In this document: positions 44,363 through 52,353 of the stretch, in pieces
How the letters are laid out: each line of letters begins with the position of its first letter
Numbering within the stretch: position 1 is the stretch's first letter
From: Bacteroidales bacterium
GTDB taxonomy: Bacteria; Bacteroidota; Bacteroidia; Bacteroidales; JAAYJT01
Reading direction: 5' to 3'
Length of the DNA: 64,000 nucleotides
Assembly (NCBI GenBank): GCA_014860575.1
Contig: JACZJK010000016.1
Coordinates: 281,935-345,934 of the forward strand
Notes under the pieces: generated by a model
Told to the model about the DNA's origin: nothing
The model's input: the letters and a program-made list of their open reading frames with translations, nothing else
Databases searched by the model: none
Position numbers and translations under genes: made by a program

Positions 44363-46543
44363 TTAATATTTGATCAGTTTTGTTGTTTGACCCGGCCAGG
44401 TTTGGGTTCGCAGGCGCATTAAATAAATTCCCTGAGGCATGTTTTCAGTTGAGATAGTATGAGATTGGTTCTGATCAGTGATTTCACCAGACATGATTAG
44501 TTTCCCGGCCATGGAAAAGATTTCAAATTCCATGGAGCCTAAATGATCCTGGGTTAACGGTTCAATGGTAATTAAATCAGTGAAAGGGTTTGGGTAAATA
44601 TTAAAATACACGTTAGCATTAGCCTGAATGGGAGTATCAACTCCAACCAAACCTCCGGTATGTGTTTCGAGCACCAGGCCCAGTTTACCAAATGCAAAAC
44701 CATGTAAATCATCCAGGAAATAAACACTGTTCAATGGCGAAGTAGCCTGAATTTCAAGTGCATTCCAGGTAAGGCCGCCATCAATAGTTTTAAGCATGGT
44801 TTCAAAATTGCCATGACCGGCAGCATAACCAATAGCGTGCGAAGAGAAAAACAGGCTTTTGAATTCTATTGGATTTCCATTTTCCAGACTGCTGGCGATC
44901 CAGGTGAGACCCAAATCGTTTGACCAGGAAATATCATCACCAAAAGCGATGAAAATTGTTCCGTCATCTTTCATCCATGCATCGTTTACCGGCCAGGTAT
45001 TGTTTATCGCCCGCTCCGTCCAGGATGAACCGGCATCGGTGCTGAAAATCAAAGAATGTTCACCAATGATCACAACATCATCAGCGGATTGATAAAATAT
45101 TCTTAAATAATTGGCAGAACCTGTGTACACAACATCCCAGGTATTGCCGCCATCAATGGTTTTGAGAATTTTATCTCCGGCAATGAAACCCGATTGCAGA
45201 TCAGAAAACCTGATATCGGAAGGCATGAAATCCGATTTGAAAATTATTTCTTCCCAGTTTTCCCCGCAATCATTTGTCCGGTAAAAAGTGAATTCATCAT
45301 CATAATAATCGGTGGATGCGGCAAAACCGTTTGTTTCATCCGGGAAATGAAAACAGCCCCCATACCCCCAAAGGGTCCTGTTGAATTCCCAGCTTTGTCC
45401 GCCGTTGGTGGTTTTCCATAGTTGATTCCCGGCTATCCCTCTTAATCCGGGGTTATCAGTTGCGAAACCAATAGTTGGGCCAACAAACTGCACATATTCA
45501 ACCGGGAAATGAATGCCGCTCTGTGAAAGCTGTGTCCAATCCAAACAACCGTTGCTTGATTTGATCAGCAAACTGCGAGATCCAGCTGCTAGAGCAATAT
45601 CGGGAGTAATATACAAGGCCGTGTTGATGCTAAACGAATAAAATGGCGCCTGCATTTGGGTATTTTGCCAGGTGTTTCCTCCATCAGAAGTATAGCAGAT
45701 GCCCAGTTCCAACCAGCGATGGAAAGCAATAAAACCATGCATTTCATCTGCGAAAGCCATACTTCCCTGGTTAAGACTAGATTCGTGGAGTACTTCGATC
45801 CATGTTATACCTGCATCGGTGGTTTTATAAACTTTGCCATAAGAGCCAGTCGAAGAAGAATTCTTTCCAAAAACAAATCCAGTAGTATCGTTTACAAATT
45901 GCAAACCATACATCTCTGAAACTTCTAAAGGAGGTGAAAATGATTTGGCCTGCCATGTTTCGCCGGCATCAATGGTTTCAAGTAAATATTCTTCTGATTC
46001 GGTAAGGATAAAGCCCTTGGTATCTGAAATAAATTCAATTTCCAGCAGGTGGACAAGTACTGATGAACTTAAATAATCCCATGTTTGACCGGCATCGGTT
46101 GTTTTAATCATCCAGCCATGATTGCCACAGGCATAGCCAAGGTTGTTATCAATAAAATGAAAATCGTTGAATGAAATGGCAGGCACGCCGGAATATACCT
46201 GCGTCCATGAACTTCCGCCATTTGTAGTTTTCAGGATCAAAGCATTTGAAGTTGAAATAAAACCGGTGCTGGCGTTTAAAAAGTACACACTTTTGAGGTT
46301 CGCATAATTGTTTAAGCCGGCAGGATTAAATTGCAACTCCCAGCTCTCTCCCATATCTGTAGAATACAATACTGTTGAACCCGCGCAAACAGCAATAAGC
46401 TTATTTGTTCCCGGAATAAGCATCATATCGTTGATGGTGTTTTCCTGGGGAAAATAAAAAAGGCGGTTCCATGCTTGCTGGGCAAAAAGATGTAAATGGA
46501 AAAAGGAGATAATTAATAAGGTAAGGATTGCTGTTTTTCTCAT
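44363..46543 (-). CDS. Asp-box tandem beta-propeller protein with T9SS CTD, paralogue 3
   Basis: Near-identical to paralogue 2 over most of its length, with a different signal peptide (MRKTAILTLLIISFFHLHLFAQ). Its stop lies 5 nt upstream of the paralogue-2 ATG. Confidence 0.8.
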   Translation of the reverse strand: MRKTAILTLLIISFFHLHLFAQQAWNRLFYFPQENTINDMMLIPGTNKLIAVCAGSTVLYSTDMGESWELQFNPAGLNNYANLKSVYFLNASTGFISTSNALILKTTNGGSSWTQVYSGVPAISFNDFHFIDNNLGYACGNHGWMIKTTDAGQTWDYLSSSVLVHLLEIEFISDTKGFILTESEEYLLETIDAGETWQAKSFSPPLEVSEMYGLQFVNDTTGFVFGKNSSSTGSYGKVYKTTDAGITWIEVLHESSLNQGSMAFADEMHGFIAFHRWLELGICYTSDGGNTWQNTQMQAPFYSFSINTALYITPDIALAAGSRSLLIKSSNGCLDWTQLSQSGIHFPVEYVQFVGPTIGFATDNPGLRGIAGNQLWKTTNGGQSWEFNRTLWGYGGCFHFPDETNGFAASTDYYDDEFTFYRTNDCGENWEEIIFKSDFMPSDIRFSDLQSGFIAGDKILKTIDGGNTWDVVYTGSANYLRIFYQSADDVVIIGEHSLIFSTDAGSSWTERAINNTWPVNDAWMKDDGTIFIAFGDDISWSNDLGLTWIASSLENGNPIEFKSLFFSSHAIGYAAGHGNFETMLKTIDGGLTWNALEIQATSPLNSVYFLDDLHGFAFGKLGLVLETHTGGLVGVDTPIQANANVYFNIYPNPFTDLITIEPLTQDHLGSMEFEIFSMAGKLIMSGEITDQNQSHTISTENMPQGIYLMRLRTQTWPGQTTKLIKY

Positions 46544-46712
46544 GGTTTTTAGTTTTAAGGGGTTGTAAATTTAATAAAAAACCAGATGCCTTATATCGGA
46601 TTTTCAATTCTTCCCATATTCATTCTGTTCTGATTTCTACATTAAAATATCCTGATGTTGAATTTGCTAAATTTTCATTTCAGGTTTATGTTACTTATCT
46701 GTAATTAAATCC

Positions 46713-46720
46713 TATTTTTG
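46713..46720 (+). promoter_or_regulatory. Bacteroidota -7 box TATTTTTG
   Basis: Exact match, 20 nt upstream of the recJ ATG 46741. Confidence 0.5.
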
Positions 46721-46740
46721 TTGATCAACAAAATCAAGAC

Positions 46741-48492
46741 ATGGACAAAAGGTGGGTAGTTAAGCATCCGGGTGATCTGCAGAAAAGCCGTCATTTGCAG
46801 GAAGTACTCGGAATCAGCGAAGTGCTTGCTACTTTATTGGTTCAGAGAGAAATCTACACCTTTGAAGAGGCAAAGTCTTTCTTCCGGCCTCAACTAGAAC
46901 AGCTTCATGACCCTTTCCTGATGAAAGACATGGACAAAGCCGTTGTAAGGATCACGCAGGCAATTGAAAATAATGAAAAAATCCTTGTTTACGGAGATTA
47001 CGATGTTGATGGAACAACTGCGGTTGCCCTGGTTTACTCTTTCCTTAAGGAGCGTTATGAACACATGGATTACTACATTCCCGACCGCTATCTTGAAGGT
47101 TACGGCATTTCGTACAAGGGAATTGACTTCGCAGTTGAAAATGGTTTTAGCCTCATCATAGCGCTAGATTGCGGAATTAAAGCCATTGAAAAGGTGGCCT
47201 ACGCAGCCGAGAGAAGTATTGATTTCATAATTTGCGACCACCACAGGCCTGGCGACGAAATCCCAAACGCAATAGCAGTGCTTGACCCCAAAAGGAATGA
47301 TTGTGATTATCCATATAAGGAACTTTCTGGTTGCGGGATTGGATTCAAACTGATACAAGGCCTGACACACTTCTGGGGTAAATCAAAAGATAAAACGCTT
47401 ATCAAATACCTCGATCTGGTTGCCGTAAGCATTGCTGCCGATATTGTACCAATTACTGGTGAAAACCGGATTCTCACGCATTATGGCCTGAAATTACTCA
47501 ACAGCAGTCCACGCCCGGGGATTCTTGCCATTATGCAGGTTAGCGGCATAACCAACACCGAAACCGAGACGTTTGCCAGGGAAATGAGCATCAGTGACCT
47601 CGTATTTTTTATCGGGCCAAGAATCAATGCCGCAGGAAGAATGGAGAGTGGCCGGGAATCTGTTTCCTTACTTATTGCTGATGATGCGGGAGCGGCTTCC
47701 TTGATGGCGAACCAAATCAACCAATACAATACCTCGCGCAGAAGCCTGGATATGCTTACAACCCAGGAAGCGCTGGATATGATCTCCGGAAATGGGATAT
47801 TGCAAAAGAATAAATCAACCGTAGTATTTAATCCAGATTGGCATAAAGGTGTAATTGGTATTGTAGCTTCACGGCTCACCGATCATTATTACCGGCCAAC
47901 CATTGTGTTCACAAGATCAAACGATATGATCACTGGTTCAGCGCGATCAGTCAAGGATTTTGATATCTATGATGCCATTGATGCCTGCAACCAGTATATT
48001 GAGCATTTTGGAGGTCATAAATACGCTGCAGGGTTATCAATCAGACCCGAGAATTTTGATGCTTTCTGCAGGCATTTCGAAGAAGTTGTTTCGGGCAGCA
48101 TCACGGAAAAAATGCTGATCCCGGAAGTTGAAATTGACCTCACCATTGAGCTTAACCAGATCAACTCAAAATTCATGCGGATCCTCAAACAATTCGCACC
48201 TTTTGGCCCAGGAAACATGGCCCCGATCTTTCAAACCAATGGAGTGGTTGACACTGGCAGGGCGAGGGTAGTGGGTAAAAATCACCTGAAATTTGAAGTT
48301 GTGCATCCCGAAACCCGCGGGTTTCCCTTTCCTGCGATTGCTTTCCAGCAAGGCAGGCATATTGAAATGATGCTTACTGGAAAGCCTTTTAACATTTGTT
48401 ATCATCTGGAGGAAAACTACTGGAATGGGAATGTTACGCTGCAGTTGAATGTGAAAGACATCAGCTTTGATGAACCGCCTTACAGAAATTAG
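46741..48492 (+). CDS. recJ: single-stranded-DNA-specific exonuclease RecJ
   Basis: DHH motifs VYGDYDVDGTTA, ALDCG and ICDHHRP, plus the DHHA1 GGHKYAAG motif. Confidence 0.95.
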   Translation: MDKRWVVKHPGDLQKSRHLQEVLGISEVLATLLVQREIYTFEEAKSFFRPQLEQLHDPFLMKDMDKAVVRITQAIENNEKILVYGDYDVDGTTAVALVYSFLKERYEHMDYYIPDRYLEGYGISYKGIDFAVENGFSLIIALDCGIKAIEKVAYAAERSIDFIICDHHRPGDEIPNAIAVLDPKRNDCDYPYKELSGCGIGFKLIQGLTHFWGKSKDKTLIKYLDLVAVSIAADIVPITGENRILTHYGLKLLNSSPRPGILAIMQVSGITNTETETFAREMSISDLVFFIGPRINAAGRMESGRESVSLLIADDAGAASLMANQINQYNTSRRSLDMLTTQEALDMISGNGILQKNKSTVVFNPDWHKGVIGIVASRLTDHYYRPTIVFTRSNDMITGSARSVKDFDIYDAIDACNQYIEHFGGHKYAAGLSIRPENFDAFCRHFEEVVSGSITEKMLIPEVEIDLTIELNQINSKFMRILKQFAPFGPGNMAPIFQTNGVVDTGRARVVGKNHLKFEVVHPETRGFPFPAIAFQQGRHIEMMLTGKPFNICYHLEENYWNGNVTLQLNVKDISFDEPPYRN

Positions 48493-49112
48493 AAGTTGAA
48501 GCAAACCCTTGCTATCAGCACAACACCAAAAAAACATAAAATAATACCAACTATCCTGTTCACCCAGGTCATGATGGCAATGGTGAGAAATTTTTTGATC
48601 CGGTTCGCTATGGCCACTTTGGCAAAGTCGGTTGCAAGAATTGTTACCAATGCTCCGGCAAAAAAGGCGAGGATGGCCGTTTTATCCTGGTCATAATTGG
48701 CGCTGATGCCCACCATGAGAGAAATCCAGAAAATCCAGATAAATGGGTTCGCAATATTTAAAAAGTAGCCCTTAAGTAAAAATGTTAAGGGCCCTGGCAT
48801 TTTATCCTTCAGTCCGTTACCGTTTTCAACATCAAGTACCTTCCGGGTGTAAGTAACAATCCCAAAAATTATCATAATAATACCGCTTAACAGTCCAAGG
48901 AAAAGGTAATTGCGATCATTCACCAGCAATTGGGTGACACCCATATAACAAAGCAAAACAATAGTGATATCGCTGCCGATGATGCCCAAAGCAAGAAGCA
49001 CACCCGCCCGTGGCCCCCGGTGAACACTTGTTTGCAGCAAGCTGAATAAAGCCGGTCCGAACAGCACAGCCAACGTTAATCCGAGTAAAACTCCTTCAAA
49101 GAAAGGAAGCAT
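48489..49112 (-). CDS. LysE family amino-acid translocator
   Basis: MLPFFEGVLLGLTLAVLFGPALF N-terminus and about 6 helices. I prefer ATG 49112, because the listed upstream extension runs through a repeat element. Confidence 0.8.
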   Translation of the reverse strand: MLPFFEGVLLGLTLAVLFGPALFSLLQTSVHRGPRAGVLLALGIIGSDITIVLLCYMGVTQLLVNDRNYLFLGLLSGIIMIIFGIVTYTRKVLDVENGNGLKDKMPGPLTFLLKGYFLNIANPFIWIFWISLMVGISANYDQDKTAILAFFAGALVTILATDFAKVAIANRIKKFLTIAIMTWVNRIVGIILCFFGVVLIARVCFNF

Positions 49113-49160
49113 AATTGGTTTTCTGGCTAAATAATGATTTGCGAAAATAGTAATTTCAAG

Positions 49161-49310
49161 TTTGAGTTCACTCCGAAAAGACAATTTGCCCCTAAATCCC
49201 CTAAAGGGGACTTCCACATTCTGCTGATTTTTAGCGGTTCCCCCCACAGCAAATTAGTGAAAAAAAACAGCAAATATCAGCAATATGTGACTCTTCGGAG
49301 TAAACTTAGA
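49161..49310 (+). mobile_element. MITE-like element, copy A (~150 bp, imperfect ~20-nt terminal inverted repeats)
   Basis: The ends are tttgagttcactccgaaaag ... ctcttcggagtaaacttaga. The internal cccctaaaggggacttccacattctgctgatttttagcggtt and atcagcaatatgtga match copy B in the same orientation. Confidence 0.55.
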
Positions 49311-49326
49311 ATTATCAATCAAAATC

Positions 49327-50478
49327 TCAATCCTGTTGAAAAAGGCCGGCTGCAATATGATCAGCAAACAACTTCCCTTGTTTGCTTAGTACAATGCTGC
49401 GCTCCGTGTTCTGGAACCAATCATTGGGACGCACATTGCCACCGGTTATAATCAAAATTTGATGGTTCATTTTCAGTTGGCTCAGGGCTTTCTCTCCGAA
49501 CCGTTGCCCAAAATATTCCAGGTCAATTCCATCCCTGGTTCTGATCGCCATCATGATATACTCATTGTGATGCTTAATCTCGGTCAGCATTTCTTTTTCG
49601 AAAATCAACTTTCCGGATCTGACCCCTTCAACGTATTTCGTCAGGTTCGAAACATTCCATTGCCTGGAAACGCCATCGAAGGAGTGAGCTGATGGGCCCA
49701 AACCCAGGTATTTTTCTCCTTTCCAGTAAGCTGAATTATGCCTTGATTCAAACCCCGGCAAAGCGTAATTTGATATTTCGTATTGAGAGTACCCTTCATT
49801 TTCCATCCATTGCATCAGGAAAAGGAACTGTGCGGTTTGCTCTTCATCAAGAACCGGTTCTACTTTATTGTGTTTGATTTTCCAGGCCAATGCTGTGGAA
49901 GGCTCAACAGTTAAAGCATATGCCGATAAGTGCGGTAGCTTGTAAGACCGGTAGATTTCAAGATTTTTTTCCAGGTCGGAAAGCGTTTGTCCGGGAATTC
50001 CGAAGATCAGATCAATGCTTATATTATTGAAACCGGTTTCAAGTGCATCTTCAATGGCCCGAAAAGCCTGTGCCGGATCATGCAGGCGGTTTAAGTAATG
50101 CAAATCGGCAGGAAAAAAGGATTGGATACCAATGCTGAGCCGGTTGATGCCGATGCTATGAAAAGACTTCAACTTTTCTTTGCTGATGTCGTCAGGGTTG
50201 GCTTCGATTGTAATTTCTACATCGGGGCTTAGCCGGAATTCACGCTTTATTTCGTTCAAAATACTTGCAATATCGCTTTCTGGAAGCAGTGTTGGAGTTC
50301 CGCCGCCAAAATAAATGGATGAAACCATTTCGCTACTTAAATAAGCGGATTGAAGTTTAATTTCCCCGCAAATCACTGCAGCAATTTCATCTTTGCCACG
50401 TTGCGATGCAAGGGAGAAAAAATTGCAATAATCGCACTTGGTGCGGCAAAAGGGGATATGGATGTAGATACCTGCCAT
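49327..50478 (-). CDS. hemW: radical SAM heme chaperone HemW (HemN-like)
   Basis: YIHIPFCRTKCDYCNF (CxxxCxxC), GGGTPT, and a HemN_C-like tail. Confidence 0.9.
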   Translation of the reverse strand: MAGIYIHIPFCRTKCDYCNFFSLASQRGKDEIAAVICGEIKLQSAYLSSEMVSSIYFGGGTPTLLPESDIASILNEIKREFRLSPDVEITIEANPDDISKEKLKSFHSIGINRLSIGIQSFFPADLHYLNRLHDPAQAFRAIEDALETGFNNISIDLIFGIPGQTLSDLEKNLEIYRSYKLPHLSAYALTVEPSTALAWKIKHNKVEPVLDEEQTAQFLFLMQWMENEGYSQYEISNYALPGFESRHNSAYWKGEKYLGLGPSAHSFDGVSRQWNVSNLTKYVEGVRSGKLIFEKEMLTEIKHHNEYIMMAIRTRDGIDLEYFGQRFGEKALSQLKMNHQILIITGGNVRPNDWFQNTERSIVLSKQGKLFADHIAAGLFQQD

Positions 50479-50646
50479 AAAGAAAGTTCAAAGTTCAAAG
50501 TTCAAGGACAAGGGACGAGGGACGAAGGGACGAGCTGCCAGCAACCTGCAACAAAGTATGACAACCGTATGACAACTGTATGACCCAGCATCCAGCAACC
50601 AATTAACCGATCAACCAATTAACCAATCTACCAAACACACAATCAA
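50479..50646 (+). repeat. composite short-tandem-repeat locus B
   Basis: Contains (GTTCAAR)x3 at 50486-50506, GACRAGG-type 7/8-mers at 50507-50534, (GTATGACAACY)x3 at ~50557-50587, and 16-nt units caaccaattaaccgat|caaccaattaaccaat|ctaccaaacacacaat at ~50596-50643. Confidence 0.9.
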
Positions 50647-52149
50647 CTACTTACGCAAAACAATCCGAAAAACCGTCCCTTTCCCAAGTTCAGATGATTT
50701 GATAAAGATTTTGCCCCGATGGTAATCTTCAATAATACGGCGGGCCAGTGAAAGCCCCAGTCCCCAGCCACGTTGTTTGCTTGTAAATCCCGGATTGAAG
50801 ACAGAGTTAAAGGTAGATTTTGAAATGCCTTTGCCGGAATCACAAAAATCAATAAGAACCTGCTTTGGCTCTTCGGTTACAACGATTTCGATCGTTCCAT
50901 TTCCGCCCATGGCATCAGTGGCATTTTTCCATAGGTTCTCAATTACCCAGCCAAAAAGCTGCGGATTAAGCGGAACTATCAAATTGCCATGCTGTGGAAA
51001 GCGTGTTTGCAGCTTAACTTTTTTTGATGTACGTGTTTGCAGATAACCCGCAGCCTTTTCAAGTTCGCCGATTATATTTACGGGTTGCAAAATTGCCGAA
51101 GAACCAATCTTTGAAAACCGCTCGGTAATTACCTGTAGACGTTCAACATCTTTTTCCATTTCAGATGTTGTTTCGTTATCCACACCTTTCATTTTCAGAA
51201 TTTCAATCCATGCCATGATGGCCGATAATGGCGTTCCCAACTGATGAGCAGTTTCCTTTGCAAGCCCGGCCCAAACCTGGTTTTGCTCCGATTTGCGTGC
51301 AGTACTGAAAAGCAGGTATGCAATGATTATGAAAACGGCGATCACACCAAATTGAAAAAAAGGATAGTATTTCAATTGGGTCAGCAATTGAGAGTTCTTA
51401 TAAAAAATTAACCTCGGGCCTTTTGAAAATTGAATTTCAATGGGTCTGTTTTCAGATTCCATTTCCCGCACAATTTTAAGCAATGCATTGTTATCGCTGG
51501 CAACAGTGGCGTCAATATTGGTGTAGGCTACTACATGCCGTGCAGTGGTATCAGTAATAATAACCGGTACAGATGCTGAATTTCCGAGCACTTCAAGGAG
51601 AAATGATTTTTCGAGATTTTCAAGGTAATCACGGAGCTGAATAAAGGTTTTGGAATCCTTATAATACACATACATAAAATCCCGGTCGTCGAGGCGAAGG
51701 AAAACAGGTTCGTAAACGGAAAATTCTTCTTTAAGCGTACCCTCAAGGATTGTTTCGCTCTCAATCTCAAAATCAACATTCTCAAATATCGTAATCTTGC
51801 CTTTCGAATCGGTGATAATGACGGGAATATTATTGTTGCTCGAAAAAATCTTCAGCAAAAAATTCAATTCGTCTGAATCGTCAGTAACCCCAATTCTTTT
51901 GTAAGCTTCGGCGAGCAGTTCAATCCGTTTACGTTCTTCGGTTTTTATTTCTTCAAAAAAAACCTGGGTATAATGAATGAGCTGTGCCCGGTTTTGGATA
52001 GCCTCGGCCCAAATCTTGATATTGCGCCCTTCTTCAAGCGCGATCTGCCTTGCCAGGATGTTTGAATACCAAAGTGAAACGGAAACGATGCTGATGGCAA
52101 CGATTCCGAGTATTATTTTCCAACGCTTTTTTTTGTGATAGATGTTCAA
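50647..52149 (-). CDS. sensor histidine kinase
   Basis: Two TM helices flank a periplasmic domain. H-box AHQLGTPLSAIMAWIE, N-box NLWKNATDAM and G-boxes DSGKGI / GWGLGL. Only a TTG start is available. Confidence 0.85.
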   Translation of the reverse strand: MNIYHKKKRWKIILGIVAISIVSVSLWYSNILARQIALEEGRNIKIWAEAIQNRAQLIHYTQVFFEEIKTEERKRIELLAEAYKRIGVTDDSDELNFLLKIFSSNNNIPVIITDSKGKITIFENVDFEIESETILEGTLKEEFSVYEPVFLRLDDRDFMYVYYKDSKTFIQLRDYLENLEKSFLLEVLGNSASVPVIITDTTARHVVAYTNIDATVASDNNALLKIVREMESENRPIEIQFSKGPRLIFYKNSQLLTQLKYYPFFQFGVIAVFIIIAYLLFSTARKSEQNQVWAGLAKETAHQLGTPLSAIMAWIEILKMKGVDNETTSEMEKDVERLQVITERFSKIGSSAILQPVNIIGELEKAAGYLQTRTSKKVKLQTRFPQHGNLIVPLNPQLFGWVIENLWKNATDAMGGNGTIEIVVTEEPKQVLIDFCDSGKGISKSTFNSVFNPGFTSKQRGWGLGLSLARRIIEDYHRGKIFIKSSELGKGTVFRIVLRK

Positions 52150-52312
52150 GGCAGTATGGTTAATTCATGAGCAGATCAGGATGTAATTTTTTGTTCGTGC
52201 GATCCAAAGGGTTTTAGAACCTTGCTTCTTATTTATGAATGTTTGCAAAAATAACGAAACCAAGTGGTTTTGATTGCACAAAATCAATAGCTGTCAGTAT
52301 AATGCTAATTTG

Positions 52313-52320
52313 TATATTTG
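52313..52320 (+). promoter_or_regulatory. Bacteroidota -7 box TATATTTG
   Basis: Exact match, 33 nt upstream of ATG 52354. Confidence 0.45.
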
Positions 52321-52353
52321 CGCCTTCCTGCAATCCAATAAAAACCAATAAAA

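Larger units (their letters stand above)
42177..46543 (-). repeat. two 2186-bp tandem duplication units (paralogues 2 and 3), plus the older paralogue 1 at 40009-42171
   Basis: An identical 52-nt junction acataaatttttctcatggcaattaatatttgatcagttttgttgtttgacc occurs at 42155-42206 and 44341-44392, offset by 2186 nt. Confidence 0.9.

Noticed and set aside
49134-49451. A 105-aa plus-strand ORF (..APKSPKGDFHILLIFSGSPH..).
   Set aside because: It reads through MITE-like copy A and then antisense into hemW. Peptides of the PLKGD type are typical artefacts of this palindromic repeat.
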